Assembly: GCA_046563655.1 (NCBI GenBank)
Contig: CM102285.1
Span: forward strand, 6,882,001 to 6,946,000
DNA length: 64,000 nucleotides
Origin: Yuukianura sp. NJ FZ-2021
Lineage: Eukaryota
Direction of reading: 5' to 3'
Shown here: in pieces, positions 1-11,800 of the stretch
How the letters are laid out: each line of letters starts with the position of its first letter
Numbering within the stretch: the first letter of the stretch is position 1
Position numbers and translations under genes: made by a program
Notes under the pieces: generated by a model
What the model was told of the DNA's origin: nothing
Databases searched by the model: none
Seen by the model: the letters and a program-made list of their open reading frames with translations, nothing else

Positions 1-2644
1 GGAGAAGCGGAATTGAACAAGGCTAAATTTATCAAGGACTTAAGGAAATTTTTCGGAAATGCGTCAATTAAAGTAACAATTGGCACGAGCTAAATTCAAC
101 AAACAACTCTACCGCCATATTGGAATAAGGGAATATTGTCCAATGTTCTGCTACGTGGATTCGCTTTTTGGCATAATTTCTAGAAAAAAAAACGAAATCA
201 AGGATTTTCCATTGTTTGAAGTCTTAACGATGATTGAAAATTGCTGTTATTGTTCTTATTAAACTTAGTGACGCATTTAAATACATAACTGGACGTAACG
301 TCTTAAAATAGGGGAGAACGTTGGAAACCGAATAGATGTGACTAGACCAGTGGTCAGTCGCATCGAGTAATGCAAGGTCTGGTTTTTGGCCTCCTCCAGT
401 TAGGTTGTTTAGGTTAGGTGCCAGTGGTGTTGTCGCGGCGGGAGAAGAGAAAATGAAAGACAAAGTTGAAACAATTGGAAACCAAAGTTGAAGAATTGAA
501 ATCCAATTGAAACTTCATTAGTACAACGAAAAGAAAATTTTCAGTTTTTAAACTAATTCTCTATTTAAATGTTTCATCCAGAATTTTAATTTAAGTCTAA
601 ATTGAAATTAAATTCATAGGGTTTGCAGCGCGTTGCAGATTTCTAAACTTCTGCGGGGCGTTTTGTATTTAGAATTTATTCAAAAATTTTACTTTTCTCA
701 CTGCTCTCCATTTGCCTTAAACAGCTTATATATCAAAAATATTTTTAAATTTTGAACAGTTGAAAGTTGTTGGGTACAAAGTTTGTTTTGTCAAATTGTG
801 TAGAAAAATTTTCTTAAAGTTTTTGTTTATCGCTTTAAATTTTCGATGTATTGTTCCAGTCCTTCCCAGTTGGCCATATAGTCAATGTGTCGTTGACCTT
901 GAGGGCCAACACTCAAATTTTTGCTTTTGGGGGTTCTACAGTTGACCTGTACTGGCAGGAGCATGTAAACTTCTGCCTAGTCGTATGTAGTATCGATCTG
1001 TGAGTCCGATGTCTTTTGCGTCATCTTCATCTTCAAAAGTTGACACCAAGCTCGGAGATTTTTTTTTGTCATTTCTCACCCTGAGAAAACGCAGAATTAA
1101 ATTACATAATAAAAGTTGAATTAAGTAAATCGTTTTAGGAAATCATTTTAGTACATTCGTCCTTCCCGAATATCTTCAAAAAGTTTAGCAGAAGAGTTGA
1201 AGTCAATGAGACGAATGACTACACCACAGTTTGGACAAGTATTGCTTGACCTTCCCTCAATTCTGTGTTTCCGTTCAGGAGTTAAGGAAGGGCGTTCAAT
1301 GTAAAATTCACCCGGAAGAAACCACGAATTCACCCGGAACAGATTTTAACACCCATCAAACAACATGCAACAAACTGCATCAAACGGAACGCATAAATAA
1401 TACACGCGGAAGATTTAAAAGGGTAAGTAAATTAAATGGAGCAGGAACCGCGAAAAGTATTTTTTGAGAAAAAGACATTTCACGTGAGGCAGACAATGAT
1501 TCCTGACCTGAATGACCTCTGACCGATGCTTACTCTTGCCTAACAAAATGACTTGATGGAAGACTAAAGCAGAGAGAGCTGTTGATGGGTAGAGGCGTTT
1601 ATTGAGACTAGCCCTGTCTATATACAATTTTCCCTATCTCTCATCATTTTGAATTGTATTCCCGCCGGGGTCTCACCTTATCCCGTTGCACACGAGTTTT
1701 GTAAAGTTTAATTAATAATTAAGAAAACTTACAGAATGTTTTCTAGGTCGAACAACCTAATGTTATGTTAAAATTTCAAAAAGTTATGAGTTTGTAACTA
1801 CATTTGGAAATGTAATCCTAGGTGGCTTAGAACATTGCTCTCATTCTCTCATGATTTTGATCGTGGAATCTGTGAAGAAACACAAAGGATTGCGAAAAGT
1901 AAGTTGCAAAAGTAAATAAAATGTTTCATTTGTGTACATTATGCTTGACCTTATATATTTTTCAATGAATATTAAGGTCAATGACCTTAACTTTACTAAG
2001 TATTTAACCTCAATTTTGATGGTTTAATTTTTAATGTTTATTGTTAAAACTTACGTTCATCCATGCTACTTCCAGTAGAGCTGTTTCGTAGCCGTCTGAT
2101 CGGAGTCTACGATTTGATTCTAGTCGATTTGTATTTGCAAGCACAGATTCATTTCTAGTTGTGACGACATCTAGGGAGCAACAGTTGTCCACTCCTGGGT
2201 CAGAGGTCACAGTTGAGTATTTGCCACAGTGGTCTGCTTTTGATTCAGTCGACTGAATCTGAATGGACTCCAGAATCTTGATCCATTGCTGAATTGCTAA
2301 TAATCTAAAATTCTCTCTGTAAAGAGTCACGGTGCAGAATATTCTTGATCTTGACCTCTGCCATTATTAGAGGTCTCTTGATGTCAAGCAACAGTTGGAA
2401 CCTTACCCCATGGACGTGGAGTTTTAGAACACGTTTTTATAGATGATCTTTCATAGATAATTTTTTTTTAGAATTTCATAGATAACCTTAAGGCAAGTAG
2501 TTAAAAAACGACAAAAATTTTCATCTTACCAATAAAGTGTAAAATTGGTAGTTTCGATAATTTAATTTTGTAGATTGTCATTTATTGCTTTCAATTTGAA
2601 ACATGTAGCTTACTAGGAGACAGAAATATATGCATGCATACTTT

Positions 2645-2677
2645 TATTAAGTAGCGAAGCTACTTATTGGTTTGACA

Positions 2678-2711
<34 letters not shown>

Positions 2712-3030
2712 GGCCGGCCGTCAGCGGCGATTATCTCGGGAACCGCTCAACATTTCCGGGATCTGTTTTCACCGGTGGACACCTAGTGACCCGGTGATGT
2801 TCACTATTGAATATCATCCCGGTGGGTCAACTCCTTCCGGGTCAAAGGTCAAGGTCAACCGGTTTCAACCCAGGTAACCTGGAAAATTACCTCTACAAAA
2901 GTTGTTCGTCTCATCGAGACCAACAACTTTTGTTTACGTGACGTGAACCCAGGTGACCCCCTCCAGGATCAAAGGTCAATTTTTTTTCGCTTTAACGCCC
3001 TGATAGGGGGCAACCCATCTTCACTCTCCC
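2645..3030 (+). mobile_element. Non-autonomous Helentron/DINE-1-like element, family B (5' part, truncated)
   Basis: Terminal hairpin TAAGTAGC-GAA-GCTACTTA at 2648, (GTCT)n microsatellite ~2680-2711, core (GGTCAAAGGTCAAGGTCAACC...CTCTACAAAAGTTGTTC) shared with copies at 42046, 44422 and 62012. Confidence 0.75.
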
Positions 3031-3180
3031 GCATCTGATTTTTTAAATTTTGAATTTTTCTGAGTACCGGTGTTGCCCGCCTGATATATTCCCATAGCCT
3101 CAAATTTTTATCAACGTTTTTCCGTTGCACTCAAGTTGACAAATAGAATGGGTCTTGTATTACTAATTATGGCCCTAACC
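3031..3180. repeat. Partial, slightly diverged 224-bp satellite unit (left edge of array)
   Basis: Matches the last ~150 bp of the 224-bp unit, ending TATGGCCCTAACC. Confidence 0.9.
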
Positions 3181-3183
3181 AAA

Positions 3184-4175
3184 CAAGGTAGGGCAATGCT
3201 CAAGGGTTGAGCACAGGTCTTCTGGAGGGAGTTGCCAATTGATGCGACTTAAACCGGCCTGCCTCAAAACTGTAGAAGAACTGAGAAACCGTTTTCATGT
3301 AGCGGATGTACCAAAACGTCGCTCAAAATTTTCAGCGCGGATTTGAGGTCCTCTTTTGTGCATGCGTTGCACCAAAACTGGATCGCCAACGGCACTAAAA
3401 TCATGTTCCGGTTTTGCGCCCCAAAATATTTGCACTAAATTGATGTTCTTAATTTGTTGAGCAGGATGCACATAATGTATTATCGGTGTTGCCGTGGCAA
3501 TGTACTTATTAGCGAAAAGAGCGTGAACCAAACGGCGTCAAAATAATGATATCGAAATTTAGCTTTGTGCATCATGCACAAAATTGAACGCTGAGGAGGA
3601 TGAGTCGAATATCCTTTCTTTTAAATCAAAATTGGTTCATGTAAATGCACAACTCAACGTTTATGTATAGTTGTTGGTCATAAGTGTGCATCATGCATGC
3701 ACAAAAATGAATCGCTGGCTCGAGGGGTCGGATATCGCTTTTGAAAATCGAAACTATAAAAATTTCTAGTAAATGCAACTTTGACCCCTGTTGTGCACCA
3801 TTCACATATTACACATTTAAGCCGGATTTTCTACCCTCTGATCAGTCTTAATTTAACAACGTAATTAAACATACTGCCAGAAAATGACCAGATCAAAACT
3901 CCGTTGTTTATATATATTTTGAGTGCAATCGAAACCAAAACAGTTTTGCCGAGCCACGATACTGCGGGTACGTAAAGTAGCCGCCTGCTTCTACGTTGTT
4001 AATTTAACACTTTGAGTGGAATATAGACCTACTGAAAACACTTGAGGCAAACATAACCCCCCGAACAGAAGAGGGCTTATGTTTCAGTGCAAAGAGTTCT
4101 AAAAAATGAACACACAGACAAAGTCGTATCAATAGTCTTCTTCAGCACGTCGTAGACGTGCGTCTCCAGAAGACT
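3184..4175 (-). mobile_element. Non-autonomous Helentron (HINE/DINE-1-like) family A, copy 1
   Basis: Minus strand: 5' subTIR AGTCTTCTGGAG with internal inverted repeat and short GTCY tract; 3' subTIR CTCCAGAAGACC followed by stem-loop TGCTCAA-CCC-TTGAGCA; flanked by T runs; 3' end shared with the autonomous Helentron at 23901. Confidence 0.85.
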
Positions 4176-4401
4176 AAAATTGCCATATCTCGCGAATTTT
4201 CGCTATAAGAGCCTAGCGATATAAGAGTTCACGACTGCCTCGTTTGAGCATTCTGATTTTTTAAATTTTGAATTTTTCTGAGTACCGGTGTTGCCCGCCT
4301 GATATATTCCTATAGCCTCAAATTTTTATCAACGTTTTTCCGTTGCACTCAAGTTGACAAATAGAACGGGTCTTGTATTACTACTAATTATGGCCCTAAC
4401 C
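4176..4401. repeat. 224-bp satellite, single unit
   Basis: One unit with a 3-bp insertion, between HINE copies 1 and 2. Confidence 0.9.
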
Positions 4402-4404
4402 AAA

Positions 4405-5352
4405 CAAGGTAGGGCAATGCTCAAGGGTTGAGCATTCGTCTTCTGGAGGGAGTTGGCAATTGATACGGCTTTTGACCGGCTGTCCGCAAAGCGTTCAAGA
4501 AAAACGTTAAGAAACCGTTTTCACGAGATTTATGGAACGAATTGCACGGAAATGCGAAAAAACCGTTTGCATAAAAATGTTGTGCAACTTGAGCTCTGAA
4601 ATGTTTTCATTCTCTTCAAAATTATTTTGATGGACAATATTTTGACATCGAATTGTTCTCAAGTGTGTACAAGAATAGAATGCCCTTAAATCTGTTCACG
4701 TAAATTCACAAGTATTCGGATGTAATCCCCATTCTAAAAGATGTTATGTGCAGTTGTTCTCCAGTATGCACAAATTTTGAAATAACAACGTCCTTTACCC
4801 AGCGTCAAAATAACTGCACAATTTTACATTCATGTGCAATAACTGTGCAACATGCACGAAACTGAACGTTGAGGTTCAGTGGTCCAATATAGCTTTTTTA
4901 AATCAAAATTACGAAAATTTGTTGCAAAAGCAAATTTGAACCTTGCCAATCACTGTTTGCATGTTACGAATTTAAGCCGGATTTTCTACCCTCTAATTAG
5001 TCTTAATTTAACAACGTACCTAAACATAATATCAGAAAATGAGAAGATCAAAACTTCGTTGTTTAAATATATTTTGAGTGCAATGCAGACCTAACACAGA
5101 AATTTTGAGGACTTAAGAAACTGCAACGCGAAGCAGCCGCATACTTTGACGTTGTTAACTTAACACTTTGAGTGCAATGTAGAGGTAGAGAAAACACTTG
5201 AGCCATACATGACCCCCCGACTGCGATAGGGCTAATGTTTCAGCGCAAAAGATACTAAAAAAGCGAACGGACAGACAGACAGACAGACAGACAGACAAAG
5301 TCGTATCAATAGTCTTCTTCAGCATGTCGTAGACATGCGTCTCCAGAAGACT
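4405..5352 (-). mobile_element. HINE family A, copy 2
   Basis: Same termini, (GACA)n on plus at ~5270-5297, internally diverged from copy 1. Confidence 0.85.
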
Positions 5353-6471
5353 AAAATTGCCATATCTCGCGTATTTTCGCTATAAAAGCCGACCGATATA
5401 AGAGTTCACGACTGCCTCGTTTGAGCATTCTGATTTTTTAAATTTTGAATTTTTCTGAGTACCGGTGTTGCCCGCCTGATATATTCCTATAGCCTCAAAT
5501 TTTTATCAACGTTTTTCCGTTGCACTCAAGTTGACAAATAGAAAGGGTCTTATATTACTAATTATGGCCCTAACCAAAAATTGCCATATCTCGCGTATTT
5601 TCGCTATAAAAGCCTAGCGATATAAGAGTTCACGACTGCCTCGTTTGAGCATTCTGATTTTTTAAATTTTGAATTTTTCTGAGTACCGGTGTTGCCCGCC
5701 TGATATATTCCTATAGCCTCAAATTTTTATCAACGTTTTTCCGTTGCACTCAAGTTGACAAATAGAAAGGGTCTTATATTACTAATTATGGCCCTAACCA
5801 AAAATTGCCATATCTCGCGAATTTTCGCTATAAAAGCCGAGCGATATAAGAGTTCACGACTGCCTCGTTTGAGCATTCTGATTTTTTAAATTTTAAATTT
5901 TTCTGAGTACCGGTGTTGCCCGCCTGATATATTCCTATAGCCTCAAATTTTTATCAACGTTTTTCCGTTGCACTCAAGTTGACAAATAGAAAGGGTCTTA
6001 TATTACTAATTATGGCCCTAACCAAAAATTGCCATATCTCGCGTATTTTCGCTATAAAAGCCGAGCGATATAAGAGTTCACGACTGCCTCGTTTGAGCAT
6101 TCTGATTTTTTAAATTTTAAATTTTTCTGAGTACCGGTGTTGCCCGCCTGATATATTCCTATAGCCTCAAATTTTTATCAACGTTTTTCCGTTGCACTCA
6201 AGTTGACAAATAGAAAGGGTCTTATATTACTAATTATGGCCCTAACCAAAAATTGCCATATCTCGCGAATTTTCGCTATAAAAGCCGAGCGATATAAGAG
6301 TTCACGACTGCCTCGTTTGAGCATTCTGATTTTTTAAATTTTAAATTTTTCTGAGTACCGGTGTTGCCCGCCTGATATATTCGTATAGCCTCAAATTTTT
6401 ATCAACGTTTTTCCGTTGCACTCAAGTTGACAAATAGAAAGGGTCTTATATTACTAATTATGGCCCTAACC
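5353..6471. repeat. 224-bp satellite, 5 units
   Basis: Head-to-tail copies with period 224. Confidence 0.95.
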
Positions 6472-6474
6472 AAA

Positions 6475-7522
6475 CAAGGTAGGGCAATGCTCAAGGGTTG
6501 AGCATAGGTCTTCTGGAGGGAGTTTGCAATTGATGCGACTTAAACCGGTCTGCCTCAAAACTGTAGAACTGAGAAACCGTTTTCATGTAGCTGATGCAAC
6601 AAAACGTAGCTCAAAATTTTCAGTGCATATGTGGGGCCTTTTTGTGCACAATTGCACCAAAATGTGAAAAAACCGTTTGCATAAGAATGTAGTTCAGCTT
6701 TAGTCCTGAACAGTTTTCACTCTCCTGAAAATTATTTTGATTCACAACATTTTTGCATCAAGTTGTTCTAAGTATGAACACAATTAGAAAATTCCATTAA
6801 ATCTGTTCATATAAATGCACAATTATTCTGATCTAATCACCATTCTAAAAGATGTATGTGCAGTTATTCTCCAGTATGCACAAATGTTGAAATAACAAGG
6901 TTCATTACCCAGCGTCAAAATATCTGCGCAATGTGACACTTATGTGCATCTACTTATAAGTGTGCACGAAATTAAACGTTGAGAGGCAGGTGTCAATTAT
7001 AGCTTCTTAAAAATCAAAATGCATGCACTATGTGTTAAGTCATGTCCATAAATAACAGAGTCGAATATCATTTGTTTAAGATCAAAATTATAAAAATTTC
7101 TTGTGAATGAAAATTTCAACCCTGCCAACCACTATTTAAGTATTACGAATTTAAGCCGCATTTTCTACCCTCTAATCCGTCTTAAGTTAACAACGTAACT
7201 AAACATACTGCCAGAAAATGACCAGATCAAAACTTCGTTGTTTAAATACATTTTGAGTGTAAACGAAACCAAGATGTGTTCGCCATGCCACGAAACTGCG
7301 GGTACGTAATGTAGCCGCTAACTTATACGTTGTTAATTTAACACTTTGAGTGCAATTTAGAGGTAGAGAAAACATTTAAGCCGTAGATAACCCCCCGACT
7401 GCGATGGGGCTTATGCTTCAGCGTAAAGGGTACTAAAAAACGTTACGGACAGACGGACAGACGGACAAAGTCGTATCAATAGTCTTCTTCAGCATGTCGT
7501 AGACATGCGTCTCCAGAAGACT
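6475..7522 (-). mobile_element. HINE family A, copy 3
   Basis: Same termini and microsatellite; interior shares segments with copy 1 and with copies 2/4/5. Confidence 0.85.
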
Positions 7523-8417
7523 AAAATTGCCATATCTCGCGTATTTTCGCTATAAAAGCCGAGCGATATAAGAGTTCACGACTGCCTCGTTTGAGCATTC
7601 TGATTTTTTAAATTTTAAATTTTTCTGAGTACCGGTGTTGCCCGCCTGATATATTCCTATAGCCTCAAATTTTTATCAACGTTTTTCCGTTGCACTCAAG
7701 TTGACAAATAGAAAGGGTCTTATATTACTAATTATGGCCCTAACCAAAAATTGCCATATCTCGCGTATTTTCGCTATAAAAGCCTAGCGATATAAGAGTT
7801 CACGACTGCCTCGTTTGAGCATTCTGATTTTTTAAATTTTGAGTGTTTCTGTATACCGGTGTTGCCCGCCTGATATATTCCTATAGCCTCAAATTTTTAT
7901 CAACGTTTTTCCGTTGCACTCAAGTTGACAAATAGAAAGGGTCTTATATTACTAATTATGGCCCTAACCAAAAATTGCCATATCTCGCGTATTTTCGCTA
8001 TAAAAGCCGAGCGATATAAGAGTTCACGACTGCCTCGTTTGAGCATTCTGATTTTTTAAATTTTAAATTTTTCTGAGTACCGGTGTTGCCCGCCTGATAT
8101 ATTCCTATAGCCTCAAATTTTTATCAACGTTTTTCCGTTGCACTCAAGTTGACAAATAGAAAGGGTCTTATATTACTAATTATGGCCCTAACCAAAAATT
8201 GCCATATCTCGCGTATTTTCCCTATAAAAGCCGAGCGATATAAGAGTTCACGACTGCCTCGTTTGAGCATTCTGATTTTTTAAATTTTGAATTTTTCTGA
8301 GTACCGGTGTTGCCCGCCTGATATATTCCTATAGCCTCAAATTTTTATCAACGTTTTTCCGTTGCACTCAAGTTGACAAATAGAAAGGGTCTTATATTAC
8401 TAATTATGGCCCTAACC
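7523..8417. repeat. 224-bp satellite, 4 units
   Basis: Period 224. Confidence 0.95.
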
Positions 8418-8818
8418 AAACAAGGTAGGGCAATGCTCAAGGGTTGAGCATAGGTCTTCTGGAGGGAGTTGGCAATTGATACGACTTTTAGACCAGCTGT
8501 CCACAAACCCGTTGAAGAAAAACGTCAAGAAACCGTTTTCACGGGATTTATGCAACGAAACGTCGCTCATAACTTTCAGTGCAGATGTGGGGCCTTTTTG
8601 TGCACAATTGCACCAAAATGTGAAAAAACCGTTTGCATAAGAATGTTGTTCAGCTTTAGCCCTGAACCGTTTTCACTCTCCTGAAAATTATTTTGGTTCA
8701 CAACATTTCTGCATCAAACTGTTAGCAAAATTTTTTTTAATTAAAAATTTATTAAACAGAATTCACAAACACCTGCCTAGGGCAGGTTGAAAAGGTTTAG
8801 AGTATATATTGAGAAAAG

Positions 8819-11800
8819 TTAGAGGTAAAAAATTTCGTCCAATCCTTTCCCCGGGGGAAGAGTGCCAAGGATTGATGCGGAGTTGCCACGTTGAATGGCG
8901 ATGCTAATCCGTTGAAGCAAAAAGTTGGTGGATCGGAGTTCACCGGTGACCTCGGCAAGACGTTGACCAATTGACCTGATGAGAATTAGTCCTTCGGCTC
9001 CGAAGACTCCCGAAGTTTCAACAGCAATGATGGAGACGATGAATTGATGATTTAGGTCTTGATACACTTTGTGTTTCTGGATTTCAGCCAAAGCGGCAGG
9101 ATAGCCACTTGAAGAAGAGGAAATGGAGAGGTACGAGTTGGCATAAGTGTCTCGGCAAGTGACGTCCCACACCAAACAACGTCCAGTATTCCAAGGTATC
9201 AAAGTGATGCCGTCGGGGCGTTTTCCATCAGAACGAGAACAACCTGGAGGTTCTTTCAGGCTAGGGACTCCGGCTGTTTGAAAGGCTCGAGCAATAATAT
9301 CGTTGATTGAACCATGTCTTGAGTGTCTTCCTGCACTTTTCGGACAACTCAGCCCGTGAAGACCGTCTTCGTTAACAGTTGCACCACAGCGACATTTGTG
9401 GGGTAGACATAAGTTGGTGCCAAGCCGCAAGGAGCACGAAATTCTGAAGCATTCGTTGGATAGAAGAGTCCCCAGTTGTGAAGAGGGTAGGGCCTTCAGC
9501 CAATCACCGGAATGAGCAGCAGCGGCAGCAATTAGTCTTGCTTTGTCAGTCAAAGTGGTGGAGTTGTTCAGCAGACTGGTGTAAATTTTCGATGATTTTA
9601 ATATCTCCCATTCCTTCTGAACTTTGTGATTAGATGGAAAATCAAAATCGTTGGACCATTTGAAAGTTGCTAAGTCGTACGATGGATCGAAAGGCGATAG
9701 GTTACCAGGTAGGAAGGAGGTGATTAGGTCTGCGCAGCTAAAGATTGAAGCCAAAAAACAGAGTGTAGCGCAATCGTTAGCTTGGCGGATTCCCAAACCT
9801 CCTTGTGCCACCGGCAGAGATGTTTGAATCCAGGCATTTTCAGAAAGGCTTATGTTGAGAATTTTTTCCAAAACTTTACGAAGAGAATCATCGTAGTCTT
9901 TCAGTAGGTCTTCTTCAAGAAATGATGGTGCGCAGCGAAGGAAGTATGTCAGTCTTGGAATCGAAATTGAAGCTCTTAGTAAGAAGAAAGCCACGTGAGT
10001 CGGAAGAGCTAGCAGCTTAGACGAAAGTCTGTTGAAATCGTCGGTCTTCATCTTCAAGATTCGTCGTCCAGAAGCTTTGGATAATGGGGCTCCGAGTAGT
10101 TCGGCGTCTTCTTCATTGCAGACTCGTATATCAGGTGCGAACGAAAGAAATGAGCTAGAGATGGCTCTGGACTCCATTTCATCGCCACCGATGACGATGA
10201 TCTCACATTTCTGTGTGTTAAGTTGTAGGCCAAAAGATGCTGCGTTGGTGGTGATATGCTGCAGATACTTCAGGACTATTTCAGGCTTGTCGGCAATGGT
10301 TGAATCGTCAAGATACCATACGTTAAACTCTGACTGGATTGCTGTTGCCAGTGGCTGGATGGTGATGGCGAAGAGGGCGGGACCGATCGGATCGCCTTGT
10401 TGGACTCCAAGGCTCGATTTGATTTTGGAAGAACCGTAAAATAAATTCGAGTCTGATGAATAAGCTTGATGGATGAAGTTATAGAAGTCGGGAATGAGAG
10501 ATTTAACAGAATCTAGCATTTTATCTCTTCTGATGAGGTTAAAGGCGTTCTTGAAATCAATCTTGAGCATGACCTTACTGGAAGAATGTGGAGAATTGAC
10601 GTAGATCCTAGCGGCGTGGGCTGCAGCTTCAGAACCGTTGTTGACTCCTACCCCAATTTGTACTGGGCTCAGGTATGAGACGATGTCTTTCATTGATCTC
10701 GATAAGACAAGCTTTGATGCTATCCGGCGCCAGGTCCATCCAATCGCGATAGGGCGGATCCCACCTTTTTTTTTCTGGAGTGCAATTAAAGAGGCACCGT
10801 AGAAGATCGGACGGATTACTTCAGGGATGGTGTTATTAATGATGAGGTTTGCAAGCTTCGTTATGGAAGACAGAAGTTTTTGACCGGAATCGCCAGTAAT
10901 TTTTGAAGTTAGCTCTTTCAGTACTTGAGGTCGCAGAGAGTCGAGACCTCCGGCCGAACCATTCGGAAAAGAAGAGATTGATTTTAGCAGTTCGAGTTCG
11001 TCGAAGACAACTTCAGATGATTGTTGACGATCTGGAAACTGGAGTGGTACTGGATGAGGAGGATGTAATCGTTCAAGAGCGTCTAATGTAGAAGAATCTT
11101 CATTGGCCATTGAGTCATCGGAACATAAAATACGAACTGCACCGTGAATGTCTCCATCAGCAAGTTTAGATTGAATAATGTGGGACTGAATGGCTGGATT
11201 TGATTGTGGAGTGCTTGAAGTTTCCAAGATTAACGTTGAAACGTTGAGAGCCGAAGAAGGTGACAAGGTGCAGATATTGGATTTTACCCAGGAGGTGAGG
11301 TTGGTGACACGGTCGGCCTTCTTAGGTAGACGAAACGCGAAGAATGGGAAAAGCAAGAGGTTTGACCATGACTCGGCGGAATTAGTTGAAGTCACTTCAT
11401 CAATGAAGTCTGAAAGCCTGGACGCGGCAGTGGTCCTGGCACCTTTAGGAACGTGCTTCATCGTGTGTGTCGATTGTTTGAGTTTTGCGAGGATGCTTCC
11501 TAGGTCTTCTTCTGTGGAATTGCGAGCAGGTGAAGAGCAAACATCCTTCCAAGCAATGCCAGAGTAGGACTGTTCAGAATGACGGCGACCTCCGGCACGA
11601 ACTGTCGACATTGAAGGGAATAACTTTCGCAGTTTGGTACCGAATGTGGTGTCAACGACTGGACGAATGTTGAGAGAGTTGCAAAATTGATGGTATTTGG
11701 ATTTGACGTCTAATTTTCGAATTGAGCCACTGGCGGACGAAATGATGTTATCAGCAATCCATTCATCTGTTATTTTGCGATTCTGGAGTGTTCTAGTAAG

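Noticed and set aside
820..2420. Possible spliced minus-strand gene fragments (ORFs 1148-1333, 2031-2330)
   Set aside because: Some splice-like signals but in-frame stops and no recognisable domain; cannot be supported
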